Assembly (NCBI GenBank): GCA_049999805.1
Contig: JBNGIO010005748.1
Span: 100,801 to 139,510, forward strand
DNA length: 38,710 bases
Reading direction: 5' to 3'
DNA from: Folioceros fuciformis
Taxonomy: Eukaryota
Shown piece after piece: positions 33,804 through 38,710 of this stretch (positions within the stretch are counted from its first letter, which is position 1; each line of letters opens with the position of its first letter). The translations under genes were made by a program, and so were the position numbers. The notes below the pieces were generated by a model. The model worked only from the letters and a program-made list of their open reading frames with translations, had not been told where the DNA came from and did not search any database.

Positions 33804-34427
33804 ATGGGGACGATGGTGGCTGGAGGCGGCGCGGCGGTGGCCGCGCAGCTGCAAGGGCTTGCGGCTGCAGCGCATCCTGGCGCGGAGAGGACGCGGCTGC
33901 GGAGCTCGTTTGCGGGAGCGACGGTGAGGCTGGGCCGTGTGGGCAGATGTGCAGAGGCGGCTTGGAGCGGGGCCGGGGTGACGTACGCTTCCCCGCGGGC
34001 GGTTATGGAGAAGATTGTTTCGGCCCAGCCTAATTTTTACGAGCTGCTCGGCCTGCCGCAAGATGTGGCGCTGCCGGACATCAAGCTGGCGTACCGCCAG
34101 ATGGCCAAGAAGTTTCACCCGGATGTGTGCCCGCCGGGGCAGTCCAAGCAGTGTGCTGAGAAGTTCATCGAGGTGCAGGAGGCGTACGAGACGCTGTCGG
34201 ATCCCAGGAGGCGGGCCTCGTATGACCGCGATATGGCTAACTCTCTCAGCGCCATCGCGTCCGGGAGGAGGCGGTGTGCGGATGCCCCTTCCGCGGCGGA
34301 ATGGAAGGCGCAATGGGAAGATCAACTCTCCACGTTGAGGAGGAGAGCGGCCGTGCGGGACGCTGCCGCTCCCGAGTCGTGGGGGGCCAGAATGCGGCGC
34401 CAGCGGGGGCAACCCCAGCCCCTGTAG
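33804..34427 (+). CDS. J20: Chloroplast J-domain co-chaperone, J20-like, single exon
   Basis: Ala/Arg/Gly-rich transit-peptide-like N-terminus from ATG 33804. J domain NFYELLGL...IKLAYRQMAKKFHPDV...FIEVQEAYETLSDPRRRASYD with the HPD motif. The C-terminal EWKAQWEDQLSTLRRR...SWGARMRRQ matches the J20 tail as I recall it. Confidence 0.9.
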   Translation: MGTMVAGGGAAVAAQLQGLAAAAHPGAERTRLRSSFAGATVRLGRVGRCAEAAWSGAGVTYASPRAVMEKIVSAQPNFYELLGLPQDVALPDIKLAYRQMAKKFHPDVCPPGQSKQCAEKFIEVQEAYETLSDPRRRASYDRDMANSLSAIASGRRRCADAPSAAEWKAQWEDQLSTLRRRAAVRDAAAPESWGARMRRQRGQPQPL

Positions 34428-36250
34428 CTGGCGCGTGCACGGCAACAGGACATTGCGACAAGGAGGGAGGGAGGGAGTGAGCAGTAGCAGTGTTTTCTCT
34501 TCCGCACGATTACTTCTTCCGCTTCTGCTATTTCAGCGTGGCAACTGAAGTCGAGGTTTGGGCTCTCGGCAGATCTGGCGTGTGACATCATCGGGAGGGA
34601 TGTGCTATGATTGTTGGATCAAGTAGTGGCGAGTGCTGGTCGCAACGCAAGACTATGTGCGCTCGGTTCAATGTGACAAACAGAAGAAGAAAGCAAAGCT
34701 GAGCCAGGTCGGGGGAGGTTGTATATCTGCATTGGAAAACTTCATATTGCTAACAAACATTCAAAACGTTTGCTGGTCGGGGGCATCTCTCCCCACCAGC
34801 CAAATATCGAAGGCACGCAGGCCGTGCTTGGATCTTGGGCTTCGCAGTCTACCAACGATGGGTACCACCACATCTGGTGCCTTTACATGTGGAGTTGTCA
34901 GGAGGTGGGGGCACAGATGTAACGGGTCTCACAGCAATCCCTTGCTGTCTGTATCCTTGAGAGACTGCGATCGCAGTCCATATTCTCACTATATAATCAA
35001 TGTACACAATGTCGTCTCTTTACTTGAAATTGACGTGGTAAAAGGTCTCTCAACGCAATCCGCAACCTCTCTCTCCTCGATAACACGCGTGTTAGGGATA
35101 CCTTCATACGCGTGCTGTATGTAGTGGATGTATGGGGTGAATAGGAATATAAATAGCCCCTGCCTTCGGCTGCACGAGTGTAGCACTGTTGCCAAGGGAT
35201 GAGTCAAGTGAGAAAACGACAGGGGTGGAATCTTGCAAATCCTCGCAATGTTCCGCTCCCAACGTGGCATTGAAAAGCTGCCATCTACAAACGGCCGATG
35301 CGCGTGTGAGTGGGCAAGTGCCCAATGTGGGCCATCGCCGCGTCAGGGGAAGATGTGTTAAACACACTATGATATGATATGTAGTGGGAGGGTCGGTCGC
35401 GTGAGCTTGACGTTGTCTTTCTCCAGAACAGATAACCACAAGCTACACATGACCCAGTCGTGATTAGCGTCTCACAGTCTTTGCAGTCCTGGAGCTTGTG
35501 GGCCACACAGTCCACAGCTCTAGAAGCGTGGGTAACAAATTGTTTTGTGTTGGCCATCTGCGCGGGCCCGGCCGGTTCAGTCCTTCCCGTCGAGCTACGA
35601 CGCCCCTATTGTAAACCGTTTCACCACTCGCCGGCGTAGGTCGGGAAAAAGGCGTGCACGACTTGTCCTGTGTGTTCGTACCTTCGGACGATTCCATCGC
35701 CCGCCATTCGTACCCCGAAAAGCTCATCATTTCAATTCCCGGCGGTGCGGTAGTTTTACCTAAGCACTCTGTCAGCTGTGTCTCGAAATTCTTGTCCCAT
35801 CACTCATCGACAGTGCACTCTGTGATCACGTTACCTGCGGCTGCCTTCGACGCATCTCCGCTCCCTTCTCGAAGCGCGGCTCTCACTTGTCATTCTGTGC
35901 TCCATCAAGTCTCTGATGTGGAGACGGGGTTGTGATTGACACACCCTAGTTCACCCCAGGTCGGGTTGTCGCTGCAGCTGCTTCACATCGGATGATACGT
36001 GTGTCCAAACCGCTGACGTATTCCACACAATCGTACTCCCAAAGCCTCGAACCAAGCTTTTATTATGGTTACCCGCTCTACTGCCAGGATGCTCATCTTA
36101 CATCAGCAAAGTGTGCTTCCAAAACATGCTTTCAAATCGAGGGCGCCTACGCAGGCTCCTCGGCATTCCCGAACCACCATCCCTCGAGCACAGATCCCGA
36201 CGCAGCACGCACTTGTGAGACCCACAATCGAGAAAGTGGCCACGATCAAA

Positions 36251-36278
36251 AGGCAGGCAGGCAGGCAGGCAGGCAGGC
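36251..36278. repeat. (AGGC)7 microsatellite
   Basis: Seen directly. Confidence 0.95.
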
Positions 36279-36606
36279 AACCATCATCATGAGGGACAGG
36301 GGGCCGACACTGGTAAGCGCGGCCTGTTTTCCATTGCCAGCGCATCAAAACTATGTACAGTAGGTATTGAACCATTGATTCATTGACGACAAAAAAACTT
36401 CAGAAACCGTGTGCTCGACGGAACGGGAGGAAACGGAACAGTGTGGAGTGGATGCTCCCCGTTTTTCGGTAGTTCCTGGAGCCCCTCCGCTTAACCGGTA
36501 CCACCCACGTGGCGGCAGTTGGGGTAGTTACGAGTCGCGCGATCGGGATGGACAGGACGGTCTCCAACCGTCAGCGTCTTCCCTCTGTGCCTCTGCTTCG
36601 CATAGG

Positions 36607-36610
<4 letters not shown>

Positions 36611-36637
<27 letters not shown>
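36611..36637. repeat. (CAG)9 microsatellite, possibly in the 5' leader of the downstream gene
   Basis: Seen directly; the leader assignment is inference. Confidence 0.9.
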
Positions 36638-36640
<3 letters not shown>

Positions 36641-37145
36641 GAGGGAGGCTGGGCAGAGAGCGTGTGCAGAATCGGGAGACTTTGATCTCCTGCTACAGGC
36701 TGCAGGCCTGGGGTCGTAGATGGAATTCAGGCTTTGCTTGTTTGGTCTTGTGTTAGCAACAACAAGGATGTGTTGTGTGGCGAACCATTCGAATGGTCTT
36801 GCCGTGCTTTTCTGCTAGACTTGCATCATCATGTTCATCATCCTGTCAATTAGATAAAGTTGAGATTCAGCGCTTGTCTGCGGATTCTCTTGTGAGTCTG
36901 GAAGCCTGCGGACAGACAGAGTGGCTTCAGCATCAATTGCGGCTGGGGACATGAGTCGGATCGCATTGCTGCATCAGGCTGAGTGCTTGTGAGTTTAGGT
37001 CTAAGAGGTCAGTGATCCCTGATAGGATAGCGTTGGAGGGTGCCTGCACTTGAAGTGCAACTTGTGGCTTCAGCAAGCGTAGCTTAGGATATAATTCTTT
37101 CAAGGACTACGTAGTGGCGCCGAGGGCACCACGCACGCATCTGGA

Positions 37146-38710
37146 ATGAAGTGCCCCAAGAGTCTCAACTGCAACCTGGTGAACACGTTGTACGAGCGGG
37201 AAGTGCCGTACTACTGCCACAGGATCCAGGCTCCCAACGTGATCACGCCCTGCGTGACCGAGGGCAAGGTGTATCTGCTCAACAATGACCTCACGGCCAG
37301 CTTGACCAGGGAGCTGAACGGCAAGAAGTTCCCGGCCAACTTCAACACGCTCAACGGCAGCGAGTGCAGGAAGCGGATCGGGTGCCAGAAGGTGCGGGCG
37401 GACATATGTCCCGCGGCGGCGGGGGACAACCTCCTCTCGCCGCACCTCACCAAGCTGCTGTGCCAGCTGAGCTCCATCAACAAGAACGCGTCCTGCCAAT
37501 GGGCGTCCCCGATCCTCAAGAACTCCAAGCACAACTCCCAGGTGTCGTGCGTGGAGCTGGCCATCCTCCTGGGCCTGCTCAACGCGCTCCGATGCAACAA
37601 CGGGCCGGTGACCGACGCCCTGGGCAACTGCCTCAAGGTGAAGTTGGTGGAGGAGATCCTGTCGCACTACATGGACACCAGCTGCGGCCGCACCCCCCGT
37701 TGCGACAAGGTGCACATCACGGAGCTCATCCTCCCGGAGGTGGAGAAGATCCTAGACCGACTCCGCAACCCGGCGTCGGCCGCCCAGCTCACCTACAACA
37801 AGGACCAGCAATGTCCCGTGGACGGATATCGCCAGCCCGGGTCCAGATCCGAGGACGCGGAGTGCCTCCTGGTGCAGGTGGAGGCGGACGTGACTCAGCT
37901 CCTGGACCTGGCCTCGTCCGACCTCTCGGGCCCGGTAACATGTAAGCTCCGCGAGCTGGTGAGCAAGGTTAGATCCCTCACCTCACCCAACACCTGCGAG
38001 TCTCACAAGAGTCAGGTCGCGGGGCACATCCTGTGCCTGCTCAATCAGGTGATAGCCAAGGTGTCCGACAACCCACCGTCCTGCTCTCTCCGCGCCACGG
38101 CCCTCCTGGCCGCGCTCAACCAGATCAAGATCCCCATGTCGCAGCTCTTCTGCAGGCTCAACTGCTCACCACTGCCCGCATCGATACCCGATCATCACAC
38201 CCTCAGCTCCCCTACCTGCCGGTACAACGTGCAGACTCCCGACACCTGCACCAGGCCTTCTCCTCCTCCCTCTTGCCCGCTCCTCACCTCCTCTTCCCCC
38301 TCCCGCTCCAGCAGCTCCCGCTCCCTGTCGAGCGAGAGCGCGAACGAGAGTGTATCGGGTAGGGTCAGACCGTGTTTCAGCAGCTGTAGCGGCGGGTACA
38401 ACACGCCCATCAGGTGTAGGGCCGGCGGGCAGGACGTGGATATCTGCATTGCCACTGCCAATGCCAATGCCTGCAGCAGCAAAGCTCTGGACTGCGCTAT
38501 TTCGCAGTTGAAAGAGCTGAAGCTCAATGTGCACGGCCCCCACAACCAGCTCGTAGGCTATGTCAAGTCCCCAAAGGCCCTTTGCGACGCCATCTTCTCT
38601 GATCTCAAGGACTCTCCTTACCTCAGAGCACACCTCTTCCGCCCCAGGCACCACAAGCGCAAACCCAAGTACCACTACATTGAGATTAAGAGCACCGACC
38701 CCTGTAACCG
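37146..38710 (+). CDS. Uncharacterised cysteine-rich protein, at least 521 aa, 3'-truncated by the window
   Basis: Stop-free frame from ATG 37146 to the window end: MKCPKSLNCNLVNTLYEREVPYYCHRIQAPNV...KPKYHYIEIKSTDPCN. Strong G/C preference at third codon positions, in-frame TAA upstream at 37092, acceptor-like TTCTTTCAAG ending at 37104. Missing from the ORF track because it has no stop within the window. Confidence 0.85.
   Translation, partial: MKCPKSLNCNLVNTLYEREVPYYCHRIQAPNVITPCVTEGKVYLLNNDLTASLTRELNGKKFPANFNTLNGSECRKRIGCQKVRADICPAAAGDNLLSPHLTKLLCQLSSINKNASCQWASPILKNSKHNSQVSCVELAILLGLLNALRCNNGPVTDALGNCLKVKLVEEILSHYMDTSCGRTPRCDKVHITELILPEVEKILDRLRNPASAAQLTYNKDQQCPVDGYRQPGSRSEDAECLLVQVEADVTQLLDLASSDLSGPVTCKLRELVSKVRSLTSPNTCESHKSQVAGHILCLLNQVIAKVSDNPPSCSLRATALLAALNQIKIPMSQLFCRLNCSPLPASIPDHHTLSSPTCRYNVQTPDTCTRPSPPPSCPLLTSSSPSRSSSSRSLSSESANESVSGRVRPCFSSCSGGYNTPIRCRAGGQDVDICIATANANACSSKALDCAISQLKELKLNVHGPHNQLVGYVKSPKALCDAIFSDLKDSPYLRAHLFRPRHHKRKPKYHYIEIKSTDPCN

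Noticed and set aside
33507-34445. 312-aa minus-strand ORF
   Set aside because: Antisense shadow of the GC-rich J20 coding sequence.
34500-36400. Short ORFs between J20 and the Cys-rich gene
   Set aside because: No motifs, codon bias or splice-compatible structure; treated as intergenic or regulatory DNA.
37107-38675. ORF-track entries in other frames and on the minus strand over the last 1.6 kb
   Set aside because: Shadows of the high-GC3 plus-strand ORF starting at 37146.

Overview
Eukaryotic nuclear DNA from a plant with short (mostly 70-130 bp) GT-AG introns and about 50% GC in genes. The compact style suggests a non-seed land plant such as a hornwort (inference only). Left to right: (1) the 3' part of a CbbY-like HAD hydrolase gene (+); (2) a convergent AAC4-like gene (-) with a long low-complexity first exon and a triplicated splice-junction repeat; (3) about 5 kb with no gene I can model; (4) a ~21-exon gene encoding an animal/protist-style Unc13/Munc13 protein with C2-MUN(MHD1+MHD2)-GRAM architecture (+), crossed by what looks like a false 100-N gap; (5) a convergent two-exon plant membrane protein gene (-); (6) a ~12.5 kb transposon nest in which a Copia element inserted into a hAT (ZNF862-like) transposase, a ~4.1 kb inversion later split both elements and left the two LTRs inverted, and a second, truncated Copia follows; (7) an intronless J20-like chloroplast J-protein (+); (8) an unrecognised Cys-rich ORF of at least 521 codons running off the right end, absent from the supplied ORF track. 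Gene models and family calls come from manual translation and recalled motifs; no searches were run.
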